From: a virus
Lineage: Duplodnaviria > Caudoviricetes
DNA length: 64,000 nucleotides
Reading direction: 5' to 3' (one strand)
IMG/VR virus record: IMGVR_UViG_3300026484_000545
Span: 13,832 to 77,831 of that record
Every line of letters starts with the position of its first letter. The first letter of the stretch is position 1. The notes under the pieces are model-generated. The model saw only the letters and a list, made by a program, of their open reading frames with translations. It was not told where the DNA came from and did no database searches. Positions 39,871 through 48,983 of the stretch are shown here, one piece after another. The position numbers and the translations under genes were made by a program.

Positions 39871-40188
39871 GGCTGCACTCGTTTTTAAAAACGCAGGTGC
39901 AACGAGTATTATCTAGTGCAGCCCGGTCCGGTTCCTAAATATATTTAGCCGGATCGCGATCATAATATGTTATTCGGCACGTCATGTTAGACATCTAGGA
40001 AAACTCGTTGAATTTGTTGGTCTTGCAATCTGTTAACCTAAGGTTGTCTGAGTAACGTGAGGTTTTCCGTTAACCAGACGTTTCGATTTCGTGAAATCCA
40101 GCGAAAAACGTTGCAAAAATTGTGGCTTAAAACGCTTGACATTTCAGAGACGGCGTATAAATTTAAAAACAGTGCAGCCCGGTCCGGT
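39871..40188. repeat. AGTGCAGCC motif x3 (18-bp direct repeat plus one inverted copy)
   Basis: AGTGCAGCCCGGTCCGGT at 39916-39933 and 40171-40188; inverted copy at 39871-39879. Confidence 0.85.
40136..40163 (+). promoter_or_regulatory. Sigma70-like promoter
   Basis: TTGACA-16 nt-TAAATT; predicted start ~40170. Confidence 0.45.
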
Positions 40189-40331
40189 AGCAGGTTCTCT
40201 TCGCAAAGAAGAGAACCGAGAAGGAGACAGGGCATCTACGTGTTGATTTTCTGAGTAAATAATCCCCAGAATCTACCAAATTTCAAGAATCCTTCCGAAA
40301 TTTGCTTTATCTTCCATGCAAAGTATAAATC

Positions 40332-42722
40332 GGATTTTAACTTAACAAGTTTTAAAATATTTGAATTTCCAAATAAAAGAATTTGCGTTAATTACACATG
40401 AATATTTTAAAACATATAAAAATGGAGGTATCTAATTGTGAAAGCTGCAGATGTAATGAGAATTTTGCAGATTAGTCGATCAACTCTCTGGCTTTATGTG
40501 AAACAAGGAAAAATCAGAGTCAGAAAGTTGCACAATGGTAGATACGATTATAATGATGAAGATGTCTGGAAACTTGCTGGTAAATGTAAGGAAAGAATGA
40601 ATGTGATTTATGCAAGAGTTTCTACTCATAGCCAAAAAACCAGTTTAGAGAGTCAAGTTAAGCAATGCGAGGAATACTGTAGAGCTAATGGGTTAACTGT
40701 ACATAAAGTTTTTAAAGATATCGGATCTGGTATTGACTTTGAAAAGCGAAAACAGTTTATGCAAATGTTTGAGTTAATCAAGCAATTCAAAGTTGATAAA
40801 GTAATTGTTACATACAAAGATCGCCTATCTCGTATTGGATTTGAATTTTTAAGAAAAGTTTTTGAATCATACGGTACTAAAATAGTAGTCATCAACGAGT
40901 CTAAGTATGATGATGAAAAACTTGCTGAAAAAGAAATCTTTCAAGAATTAATTTCAATTATTCACTCTTTTGCAATGAGACTTTATAGCAATAGAAAAAA
41001 GAGACTGAAATTACAATATTGCGAAGAGGAGCTAAAGCATGAGCTCAAATGTGATAAAAGTACATAAAGCATTGAGGTTAACCTCAAAGTATGCAAATAA
41101 AGACAAAAAACAATTCATTTTTCAAATACTTGATGATGTCAAACGTATGAAAAACCAAATGTCTGAATTTATGTATAATCGAATTCATGAATTAGTTGAA
41201 TGTTTGGAAAATAAAAAGAAGAAAAGTCAATTTATTGGTAATTACAAACAATGGAAACACTCAGTTCTTCCAGCGCATACTATTCAAACTTTATTTTCCA
41301 ATGTTATGACTTGCTATTTGAATCACATCAAGCAACTTATTAATAATGCGAAAAAGAAAATTCGCATTCAATCTAAACTAAATATTTCAAAAAGAAGTCA
41401 ACGTATCTCTATTGAATTTAAGAAATCTCCTTTATGCAGATTAATATCGTATTTATTATCACTATCCAACTTACAAGAATACACTTCTTTTTCACATGTA
41501 GAAGCCAAACTTATAAGCAAAGAGTTGCAAGAATTTTGGCAAAATCTCTCTTTCAAAAAGAAGATGCTTGTTATAAATATTGTCAATAGCAAAATTCAGA
41601 GAATACTAAAAAGAATCAAACGTATTCAATTTACCTCTGGAAGCTTCAGATTAACCGCTTCTGGTTACTCTTACGAAATTGTGAAAGATGAAGATAATTC
41701 ACTTTTCAAATACTTTTTAAAACTAGCTTTCAAATCTAAATCTATCTATCTTCCACTGCTTTTAGAAGATAATCCTAAAAACAAAAGAAGCAAAAAGTAC
41801 TTTCAAAGAATACTTACTGGAAATTTAAAAAAGCAAATCTTTTTGATTGACCGAAGAAATTCTACAAATAGTAAGAAACTCTTTTTTGTAGTAGTAAGCG
41901 AAGAAAATTTGACATTTCATGAATTTGGAAAATTTGTTGGATGCGATGTAAATCTAACATCTGAAAAGTTTCTTACATTCTCCAACGGATTTTCCGTTGA
42001 ATTTGATAAAAGATTTCTCAAAGAATACCTCTCGTTTTTAGAAGAAATCGATAGAAAAGGATATCGTAATCTGACTAAAGATGAAAAGAGAAAACTGAGA
42101 AAATATACAAAAAGAATTGAGTGGTATATTGAGTTTCTCATTGCAAATGTTATAAACAAACTCAAACAACTTGGATATACAGATATAGTACTTGAAGATT
42201 TAGATTTATTTAACAATGGAAAATTTTATGTTAATCTCTTTGGATACAAAATGAAACTCAATAGATTTGTAAGATTTCTCAGACTAACTGGATTAAAGGA
42301 AAAATTCATTCGTATAGCTCATAACCGAGGAATTAGAGTACATTTAACACACTCCGCATATACTTCACAAATGTGTCCTTGTTGCGGACACATTTCTAAA
42401 AAGAATCGAAAAAGTCAATCTGAGTTTGTATGCGAAAAATGCGGTTTCCAATATGATGCTGATAGAATTGCTAGTGTAAATCTTTTACTAAGAATCAAAC
42501 ATAAAGAAATTTGCAAAAAACTTCATACTCAAACAAAGGATACTAAAGAATTCAGAGCAAAACCGATGACCTCTAGAAGTATTTTGTCAATCCTTGAAAA
42601 GTATTTTGATTTTATGACATTGTCTAAATTACTGGTACAGTTGGTAGATGTTCTACCAACTGAGTTTCTTGCTAGATACTTTCGACATAAACGTATGATT
42701 TTATGCGGGTTTCATCATGCGG
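40332..42722 (+). mobile_element. IS607-family insertion sequence (tnpA + tnpB); ends approximate
   Basis: Overlapping serine-recombinase tnpA and tnpB; candidate GG crossover dinucleotides at 40332-40333 and 42721-42722. Confidence 0.85.
40438..41067 (+). CDS. tnpA: IS607 transposase (MerR-like HTH + serine recombinase)
   Basis: N-terminal HTH ISRSTLWLY, YARVS, DIGSG, DRLSR, RLYS. Confidence 0.95.
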   Translation: MKAADVMRILQISRSTLWLYVKQGKIRVRKLHNGRYDYNDEDVWKLAGKCKERMNVIYARVSTHSQKTSLESQVKQCEEYCRANGLTVHKVFKDIGSGIDFEKRKQFMQMFELIKQFKVDKVIVTYKDRLSRIGFEFLRKVFESYGTKIVVINESKYDDEKLAEKEIFQELISIIHSFAMRLYSNRKKRLKLQYCEEELKHELKCDKST

Positions 42723-42733
42723 TTTCCCGATAA
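41039..42733 (+). CDS. tnpB: TnpB RNA-guided nuclease (IS607-associated), RuvC apparently intact
   Basis: GCDVN, VLEDL, YTSQMCPCCG...CEKCG, DADRIASVNL. Confidence 0.93.
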   Translation: MSSNVIKVHKALRLTSKYANKDKKQFIFQILDDVKRMKNQMSEFMYNRIHELVECLENKKKKSQFIGNYKQWKHSVLPAHTIQTLFSNVMTCYLNHIKQLINNAKKKIRIQSKLNISKRSQRISIEFKKSPLCRLISYLLSLSNLQEYTSFSHVEAKLISKELQEFWQNLSFKKKMLVINIVNSKIQRILKRIKRIQFTSGSFRLTASGYSYEIVKDEDNSLFKYFLKLAFKSKSIYLPLLLEDNPKNKRSKKYFQRILTGNLKKQIFLIDRRNSTNSKKLFFVVVSEENLTFHEFGKFVGCDVNLTSEKFLTFSNGFSVEFDKRFLKEYLSFLEEIDRKGYRNLTKDEKRKLRKYTKRIEWYIEFLIANVINKLKQLGYTDIVLEDLDLFNNGKFYVNLFGYKMKLNRFVRFLRLTGLKEKFIRIAHNRGIRVHLTHSAYTSQMCPCCGHISKKNRKSQSEFVCEKCGFQYDADRIASVNLLLRIKHKEICKKLHTQTKDTKEFRAKPMTSRSILSILEKYFDFMTLSKLLVQLVDVLPTEFLARYFRHKRMILCGFHHAVSR

Positions 42734-42819
42734 TTTAATTTTCGAATGTTTTCGAATATTTCAAAATAAAAACCGGATGTCATAGTGATTCAAAAATACT
42801 AAAAGAAGGAGGCGTTATT

Positions 42820-43137
42820 ATGGAGTCTATTCACTGTGAAATCCTCGAAAACCTTTGTAATACTACATGTAATCCTAAACTTGTAGACATTTTTCAGCTT
42901 TTAGAGGAATATCTGAAACCTTTTTCTAAAATCTACTACGGCATATCGCAATCCGAATTTACAATTTACCATCCTAATTTCAAAATCACTATTCGTTGCA
43001 TTTCTGAAGAACCTTTTGAATTTGTCCTCGATTATAACAACAAGGAGTTATTCAGCACTACTGACATAAATAAAGTAATAGAATTTCTGGAGTATACTTT
43101 ATTACCAGACTACGAAATGGGCTTTATCTCAGATTAG
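42820..43137 (+). CDS. Hypothetical acidic protein
   Basis: AAGGAGG RBS. Confidence 0.7.
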   Translation: MESIHCEILENLCNTTCNPKLVDIFQLLEEYLKPFSKIYYGISQSEFTIYHPNFKITIRCISEEPFEFVLDYNNKELFSTTDINKVIEFLEYTLLPDYEMGFISD

Positions 43138-43218
43138 TCAATTTGCATAACATAATAATGCATCACTGAGAGCTAAGATGTATTGCTAAACCTTTGAATA
43201 GCAAGGAGGATTAAGAAA

Positions 43219-44769
43219 ATGAATAAGTATCACCAGATTATCCACGAGTTTATTAAAAACACAGATATTGCAAGAAATAATGCAAATTTCATCAGATCTC
43301 TCCCAGCTCTTGAACATGTAGTTGTCGGCGAGGTTATGAAAGACTATCTCTTTAATCAAATTTACAAAGGGTTACCAGTTAGAGAGCATCACGAAACTGG
43401 TTGGACTTACCATCATCAAGCATTTAAATTATCACCTTACTGTATTGGACTCTCTGCAAAAGATGTTGCATTTTATGGTTTGAAATCTAATGCTAAAAAT
43501 GCTAGAAATGGTAAACCTCCAAAACGTCTCGAAACTCTTTTTATGCAATGTGCAAATTTAATTTGTTTGATTGCACAAGAAGTATCAGGTGCAACTTCAT
43601 TAAATGACATTAGTACAGTTGCTGCAGGGTATTTATGGTATCTTGAAACAAATGGAATTAAAACGTACACAGATTACGAGTTGATTAATATCTGGCAAGA
43701 ATTTCTTTTCAACATAAATCTTCCATTTCGCTCAGGCAACTCTCCATTTAGTAATATAACTCTTGAGTTTGGAAAACCAAATAAAATTCTCGCAAAACAC
43801 AATGTAATTTACGCTGGAAAATTACTTGATAAGACTTATTCTGAAATTCCAAGTGAGTATTTTGATAGAATTAACGATGCATTTATTGAGGCAATGAAAA
43901 TTGGTGATGGAAATGGAAATCCGTTTACATTTCCACTAATTACAGTAAATATCACAGAAGATTTTGATAGAAATAATCCAATTTGGAAAAAGCTACTTAG
44001 AGAATCAGAGTACTTCGGTGGATTTTATGTGCAAAACTATCTCAAAAAGCCATTTCTTGAATCTGAATATAAAAAATACAATCCAAATATGAGACCGTTT
44101 GATGAAGACATGATATATAGTAATTGTTGTAGAATGCTATTTAATGTCTCCACAGTTGAAGCAGTTACAGGAAGTAATCCTTTTCACTCTGGAGCAGGAG
44201 TTGGTGGAATAGGTGTATATGCAATAAACTTAAACAGACTCCTATTTCTTGCAAAAGACAATTTCGAGCTTTTGAAGGAGATGCTTTCCTATTTAATGGA
44301 AATTGGAGCAAAAGCATTACAGAGAAAAAGAAAATGGATTATGCAACACTATGAAGACTTATATCCATATCTTTCATTTTATCAAAGAACAGATAAATCC
44401 CTCTTCAATATCTTTTCAATTGTAGGTGGACATGAAGGTATGGTTAATGCAGGATTCAAAGGAGGGCTTGCAAATCCTCAGGCAAAAGAATACGCTCACA
44501 AAATCTTACAATTCATTCATGAAAAACTTAATGAATTCATGGAAAGAGATAAGGTTTTATATTCACTTGAATATGCTCCTTCAGAAAATGCCGCAGTAAA
44601 ACTTGCACAAAAAGATTTACAATTTGCATATCAAATTGCTCAACTTATAAACAACAATCAAAAGTGTACTCTATTTCATGATGAAAAACTCAATGACTTT
44701 GTAAATAGAGCAATAGAAATCCATGGTGAAAAAATATTTGACATACCAGAGGGAGTAGTGCTAGAATGA
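43219..44769 (+). CDS. nrdD: Anaerobic (class III) ribonucleotide reductase, N-terminal subunit
   Basis: NAN, SPYC, QEVSGA, PFTFP, finger loop SNCCR, INLNR, EYAPSE; no glycyl-radical loop. Confidence 0.92.
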   Translation: MNKYHQIIHEFIKNTDIARNNANFIRSLPALEHVVVGEVMKDYLFNQIYKGLPVREHHETGWTYHHQAFKLSPYCIGLSAKDVAFYGLKSNAKNARNGKPPKRLETLFMQCANLICLIAQEVSGATSLNDISTVAAGYLWYLETNGIKTYTDYELINIWQEFLFNINLPFRSGNSPFSNITLEFGKPNKILAKHNVIYAGKLLDKTYSEIPSEYFDRINDAFIEAMKIGDGNGNPFTFPLITVNITEDFDRNNPIWKKLLRESEYFGGFYVQNYLKKPFLESEYKKYNPNMRPFDEDMIYSNCCRMLFNVSTVEAVTGSNPFHSGAGVGGIGVYAINLNRLLFLAKDNFELLKEMLSYLMEIGAKALQRKRKWIMQHYEDLYPYLSFYQRTDKSLFNIFSIVGGHEGMVNAGFKGGLANPQAKEYAHKILQFIHEKLNEFMERDKVLYSLEYAPSENAAVKLAQKDLQFAYQIAQLINNNQKCTLFHDEKLNDFVNRAIEIHGEKIFDIPEGVVLE

Positions 44770-44852
44770 TAAGCAAAATTCTATTTGTATTGGGAGTTAT
44801 AGTAGGTACACTATTTGCACTTTCGCAGATTTTATTTTCACGCAAAAAATAA
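44766..44852 (+). CDS. 28-aa single-TM peptide (MISKILFVLGVIVGTLFALSQILFSRKK)
   Basis: ATGA-coupled to the nrdD stop; hydrophobic core and basic tail. Confidence 0.5.
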   Translation: MISKILFVLGVIVGTLFALSQILFSRKK

Positions 44853-44876
44853 ATAGAAAAAGGGAGTATTATAGCT

Positions 44877-45575
44877 ATGTATTTGGATAAAGAAACGATT
44901 TTAGTTGCCGATTACATTGTAACTTATAAAGACGAACCAAATACTGCATCGCTTCTATTTCACATTCCTGGTTTAATTTGCAATCTAGATTGCTATAAAT
45001 GTCACAACAAATATTTTTCAAAGCAAAACAAAAAACCTTATTACACTTACAATGAACTCAAGGATATTCTAAAGAAAGCAAAACTTATGCAAATTGAGTC
45101 TATTATAATTTCAGGAGGAGAGCCAACTCTCCTCCTCTCTCCTTTAATTGAACTTCTGGAGTTTATAAAGGATTTCGGTTTTAAATTTATCAGAATTGAT
45201 ACAAATGGTACAAAACCTGATGCAGTAAAGTATTTACTTGAAAAAGCGCTTGTAACTCATTTTGCAATTGATGTAAAGATTCCACTGGATGTAGAAAATA
45301 GTCGATGGCATGAAAATTTAGAATTATGGGATCAAGTTTTATTTTCAGGTAAAAAGAAATTTAGTGAAGTAATCGAATATACAATAAATCTTAAGCAAAC
45401 CTTTGAATATCTTAGGCTAGCAAAAAACTTGCTAAAACGAAGAATTCTATTGAGAACTGTAAAATACCCCCAATATACCCCACATATTCTAGATTGGATA
45501 TATCAGAATATTACCGAACTTGAATTTCCATATGAATATCAGGTTAATCAGTTTTATGAACCAGAAAAACTTTAA
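44877..45575 (+). CDS. nrdG: Class III RNR activase, radical SAM
   Basis: CNLDCYKCHN, SGGEP, DTNG, DVK; lies between the nrdD halves. Confidence 0.9.
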   Translation: MYLDKETILVADYIVTYKDEPNTASLLFHIPGLICNLDCYKCHNKYFSKQNKKPYYTYNELKDILKKAKLMQIESIIISGGEPTLLLSPLIELLEFIKDFGFKFIRIDTNGTKPDAVKYLLEKALVTHFAIDVKIPLDVENSRWHENLELWDQVLFSGKKKFSEVIEYTINLKQTFEYLRLAKNLLKRRILLRTVKYPQYTPHILDWIYQNITELEFPYEYQVNQFYEPEKL

Positions 45576-45599
45576 GAAAATCAAGGAGGAAACGCAGAA

Positions 45600-46115
45600 A
45601 TGGTAAAGCCAAAAATGTTTGTATCAGGTTCTGTTGATGGACAAAGAGTATTCTTAACCTCTGGATTTCAAGCGCCATCTTCAGCTCCATTATTTGAGCA
45701 AATAGATGTTGCAGCACATTTTCAATCTTACGCAACAGGTGGAGCAATTTTGCATCTTTTTACAGTTGAAAATTTAAGCGAGAAAGAACAAGAGGATTTA
45801 ATCTTCAGAATATTTGAAAACTTCCCAGTGCAATATATGACTAAAACTCCATTTTTAACTGTATGCAACGAATGTGGACATAAAGCTGTAGGATTACATC
45901 ATGTATGCCCAAATTGTAGAGGAACAGATGTTACGCTCTACTCTAGGCCAATTGGATATTTTAGACCAGTATTAAGAAAAGAAATATCTGCAGACTTATC
46001 TGATGCTCGCTTTAAATTCTGGCTTGACGGTAGAATTGAAGATTTTAGAACCAGATACAGAGTAAGTAAAAAAGACGTTGAAAGTATTGTTGAAGAACTC
46101 TCTTCTATCTCCTAA
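45600..46115 (+). CDS. nrdD: Class III RNR C-terminal subunit with Zn site and glycyl-radical loop
   Basis: QSYATGGAILH, CNECG..CPNC, YSRPIGYFRP. Confidence 0.92.
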   Translation: MVKPKMFVSGSVDGQRVFLTSGFQAPSSAPLFEQIDVAAHFQSYATGGAILHLFTVENLSEKEQEDLIFRIFENFPVQYMTKTPFLTVCNECGHKAVGLHHVCPNCRGTDVTLYSRPIGYFRPVLRKEISADLSDARFKFWLDGRIEDFRTRYRVSKKDVESIVEELSSIS

Positions 46116-46125
46116 GTCAACGAGT

Positions 46126-46163
46126 AAAAAAGGATCCTCCCCGAAAAGGGGAGGATCCTTTTT
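46126..46163. terminator. Bidirectional intrinsic terminator
   Basis: AAAAAGGATCCTCCCC/GGGGAGGATCCTTTTT. Confidence 0.9.
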
Positions 46164-46169
46164 GTCTTG

Positions 46170-46547
46170 CTAAAATAGCGTAAGTAAACTCAAAATACAG
46201 AAAATAGTATTTCCAACAAGCGCTGCAAAGTATGTAAATGAATTTGGATAAACAAGTGCAATTGTGAGAAGCAAAATTTGTATAGAGATTAATGTAAGTG
46301 CAAGTTTTAGTTTTGTAAGCAGTTTTTGAAAACGAATCATACTGTTAAAACTTGCGTCTTGTAAGGTTTTAGTGTTCTTTTCAGTGATTTTTCTTAATAA
46401 TGCTAATGCTTGTTTTAAATCCGAAATTTCGTGGTGTAAAGTATCTGTACTAGTTTCAACATGTTTTAAAGTACTATGAATCTGCGCAAGTAAGTCATTT
46501 TGAGATTCAATTAGACGATAAATACTTGGTTGGTTTTCGAAATTCAT
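46170..46547 (-). CDS. Coiled-coil protein with two C-terminal TM helices
   Basis: Heptads then hydrophobic hairpin. Confidence 0.6.
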   Translation of the reverse strand: MNFENQPSIYRLIESQNDLLAQIHSTLKHVETSTDTLHHEISDLKQALALLRKITEKNTKTLQDASFNSMIRFQKLLTKLKLALTLISIQILLLTIALVYPNSFTYFAALVGNTIFCILSLLTLF

Positions 46548-47521
46548 GTCCCTCCTTCCTGTGCTGCTTTTTTAATACCTTCCTCAAATTTAGACAACCA
46601 TTGGTCTAACATTTTCATAACAACGTCTTCCTCGTCCTTTAATTTTTTTGGGAGGAATAGAGGTTCTATCAGCATTTTAGAGATAACGGCTCCAAAAGTT
46701 TTCCAAGCAACATTTATAATAATTGCAACTAAATTTAGTTTAGCTTTTTGTAGCAGATAGATTATTAGTTCGATGAGAATATCTAATCCTTCTACTGCAG
46801 TGTATGCATAAAGTGGCGATTGTTTTGGATTTGGTTCAGTAAAAATATTTCTTCCAAATTTTAAAACGTATTCTGCAACTGCACTATAAAGTATAGCATA
46901 TTTTCCTAGTTCAGCCTGAGCCGATTTCTGTAACACACTACGTTTGTAGTACTCAAGCAACGTATTAAAAATTTTACGTCCAATATATTGCAAGAAATAT
47001 GCAAGTTCAAGTTTTAGCATACGTAATGTATGTAGAATTACATGTTCAGTTATAGTAGGAACCCATGCAAAAGGAGCAATTATAGCTAAAGCTAAATCTC
47101 TAAATGCAATATCAAGGTAAGCATATTTTACTGCAAGCTCGATATCAGTTGTTTTATAGCGATTAAGTAGACGATTTTTGATTGGAGGTATTTTATCAAC
47201 GAGTTTTGCAAGTAGTTTTAAGTATGTACGATAAAAGTCTTCAATTTTTTTACTTACTGCTAGAAGAAGGAGACATACAATGATAACGAATTTTTCAATG
47301 ATATTTAGATCTGCCAAATATGAGGCAACGATGAGGGCTTTATCTAGACGTCCAAGTTTTTCGATTTTCTTTTGTAGTTTTTGTAAACCTTCTTCTGTAG
47401 TCATCAATTTTCTGATTTCTTTAGATGTCCAACCTGCCAATTTTTTATCTCTTAACGCTTTGGCAATAACTTTACTACATGTAAAACAAAAACGATTAAG
47501 TTTTAATAATGCTTCGCTCAT
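46544..47521 (-). CDS. Hypothetical protein with hydrophobic helices
   Basis: 325-aa ORF overlapping the topoisomerase end. Confidence 0.65.
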   Translation of the reverse strand: MSEALLKLNRFCFTCSKVIAKALRDKKLAGWTSKEIRKLMTTEEGLQKLQKKIEKLGRLDKALIVASYLADLNIIEKFVIIVCLLLLAVSKKIEDFYRTYLKLLAKLVDKIPPIKNRLLNRYKTTDIELAVKYAYLDIAFRDLALAIIAPFAWVPTITEHVILHTLRMLKLELAYFLQYIGRKIFNTLLEYYKRSVLQKSAQAELGKYAILYSAVAEYVLKFGRNIFTEPNPKQSPLYAYTAVEGLDILIELIIYLLQKAKLNLVAIIINVAWKTFGAVISKMLIEPLFLPKKLKDEEDVVMKMLDQWLSKFEEGIKKAAQEGGT

Positions 47522-48983
47522 ATTCTCTTACCTCAATGCATTCTTTGAACATCAAAAGTTTTTGCATTGATTTTGGAAGTGGAATATTATACTTTTCAAA
47601 GTAGTCTAAAATAAGATGCGGATCTACGTAGTATTTAACAGCCGTCGTCCAAGTAGGTTTTTCATTGTTAATATGTCCTAAAGTTTTTCCTACATCAAGC
47701 ATAACCTGTTTAAAGTATTTTAGATGCACTTTTGGATCGTCTATATTTTTATATGGATTTTCTTCAAAAAGATATTTGTATGCTATAGCTGAACCCTTTA
47801 GATGTCTGAATTTATGTGCAGTAATTGGTAGCCCAATTCTTTTACGTAAATAATCATTTAATTTCTGGGCTTTGAATGTAAATACTCTTTCATTTGGCTT
47901 TTTGTTTTTAATAAGCTCTTTTAGGTATTTTACAAGTTTTGGATCGTCAATGATATGAGTTTGTATAATTCCTTTTTTACCAGGATAACGAATTACACAT
48001 TTTTTATTGTCACATTTTATATGCTTGCGTAATATTGTAACTAAACCGAATGTATCCTTTGTTTCAGTACCAATACGTGCAGCAGTTTGATAAAGTAGCT
48101 CTGTTGCAAGAGCCATTTGCTTAATTATCGGATCTTTTGATTCTAGATCCTTTAACCAGCGCCTTCTATATTTTTCGATGTTTTTAAGTAGGTACTTTAG
48201 TTTTTCAGTGTATCCTTTGACAACGCGTTTCTTGTAATCTTTTGTATAACAGAATTGCCAGGATTTACCACCGATAGGTCTAAATTTTAAAACGTAGCTA
48301 TCGTCTTTTTCAGGATTGTAGTCTTTGTTTATTTCAATTTCAACGTGAATTAAAGGAATATTACAGTCGAGTTCCTTTTTGGTTTTACATACATATAGTT
48401 TTAACTGCGCGTCGATACAAATTAAATTGGTATCAACTAAAACTGGAGGATAACCCAGTTTTCTAAGTTCCCTATTGAGCGTCTGAATAGAAATATACTT
48501 CCACTTATACTTATGAAACAGGTATTGAATTGCGTATTTCAATTTTTTAACGAGATCCTGTTTTAATTGCATATACTCAGGTTTTAGTTTATGTTGAGCC
48601 AGTTTCTGAATATCAACTTCACCCTCTTTACTTGATGAGTCTATTTTTTGGGCAATTGAGTATAATTGTTTTTGTAGTCGTTTTATAACATCAGGTTTCG
48701 GAAACTTTTCGCTATATGTTAACTTATACGTTTTTAACAAGTGAATTAGTTGTATGATTGTTTCTTTGTCATATATTTGCTTACGATGTATTTTGTACAG
48801 CAACTCAACGATGTTGTATAAATTATATTCGAATTTACAATTTTTACGAAAACTGGATATGGCTGCTTTAAATTCTTCGTCGTTGAGTTTTGGTTCAGTT
48901 TTAACTACACAAAATCCTGAATTTTTACAAATATGATAAATCAGATAATGAATTAGATGCTTACCTAACGTCTTGCATTGCAT
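47496..48983 (-). CDS. DNA topoisomerase IB (bacterial/poxvirus type) with N-terminal extension
   Basis: Catalytic set AARIGTE, YPGKKG, HKFRH, LGH, KYYVDP. Confidence 0.85.
   Translation of the reverse strand: MQCKTLGKHLIHYLIYHICKNSGFCVVKTEPKLNDEEFKAAISSFRKNCKFEYNLYNIVELLYKIHRKQIYDKETIIQLIHLLKTYKLTYSEKFPKPDVIKRLQKQLYSIAQKIDSSSKEGEVDIQKLAQHKLKPEYMQLKQDLVKKLKYAIQYLFHKYKWKYISIQTLNRELRKLGYPPVLVDTNLICIDAQLKLYVCKTKKELDCNIPLIHVEIEINKDYNPEKDDSYVLKFRPIGGKSWQFCYTKDYKKRVVKGYTEKLKYLLKNIEKYRRRWLKDLESKDPIIKQMALATELLYQTAARIGTETKDTFGLVTILRKHIKCDNKKCVIRYPGKKGIIQTHIIDDPKLVKYLKELIKNKKPNERVFTFKAQKLNDYLRKRIGLPITAHKFRHLKGSAIAYKYLFEENPYKNIDDPKVHLKYFKQVMLDVGKTLGHINNEKPTWTTAVKYYVDPHLILDYFEKYNIPLPKSMQKLLMFKECIEVREYERSIIKT

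Larger units (their letters stand above)
38790..40300 (+). ncRNA. Putative large structured non-coding RNA(s) and/or origin region
   Basis: Hairpins 39520-39563 (21 bp) and 39636-39681 (22 bp) with only G-U mismatches on the plus strand; concentric stems 39276-39394; further stems 39792-39844, 39863-39984, 40193-40217. Confidence 0.5.

Noticed and set aside
39990-40330. Group I intron forming an IStron with the IS607 (P/Q/R-like words AATTTGTTGG, AATCCAGCG, TTCAGAGAC)
   Set aside because: No P7 partner or S element (GATATAGTC-like) found downstream and no interrupted gene; a covariance-model search would be needed to exclude it fully.
38784-40437. tRNA genes in the non-coding interval
   Set aside because: No cloverleaf with a TTCRA T-loop found on either strand.
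44877-45575. QueE rather than NrdG
   Set aside because: Position between the nrdD halves and an NrdG2-like motif layout favour the RNR activase.
20480-46115. Split inteins or introns joining the PolB or NrdD halves
   Set aside because: No Cys/Ser-start or HN-end intein blocks at the junctions; each half has its own RBS and stop.
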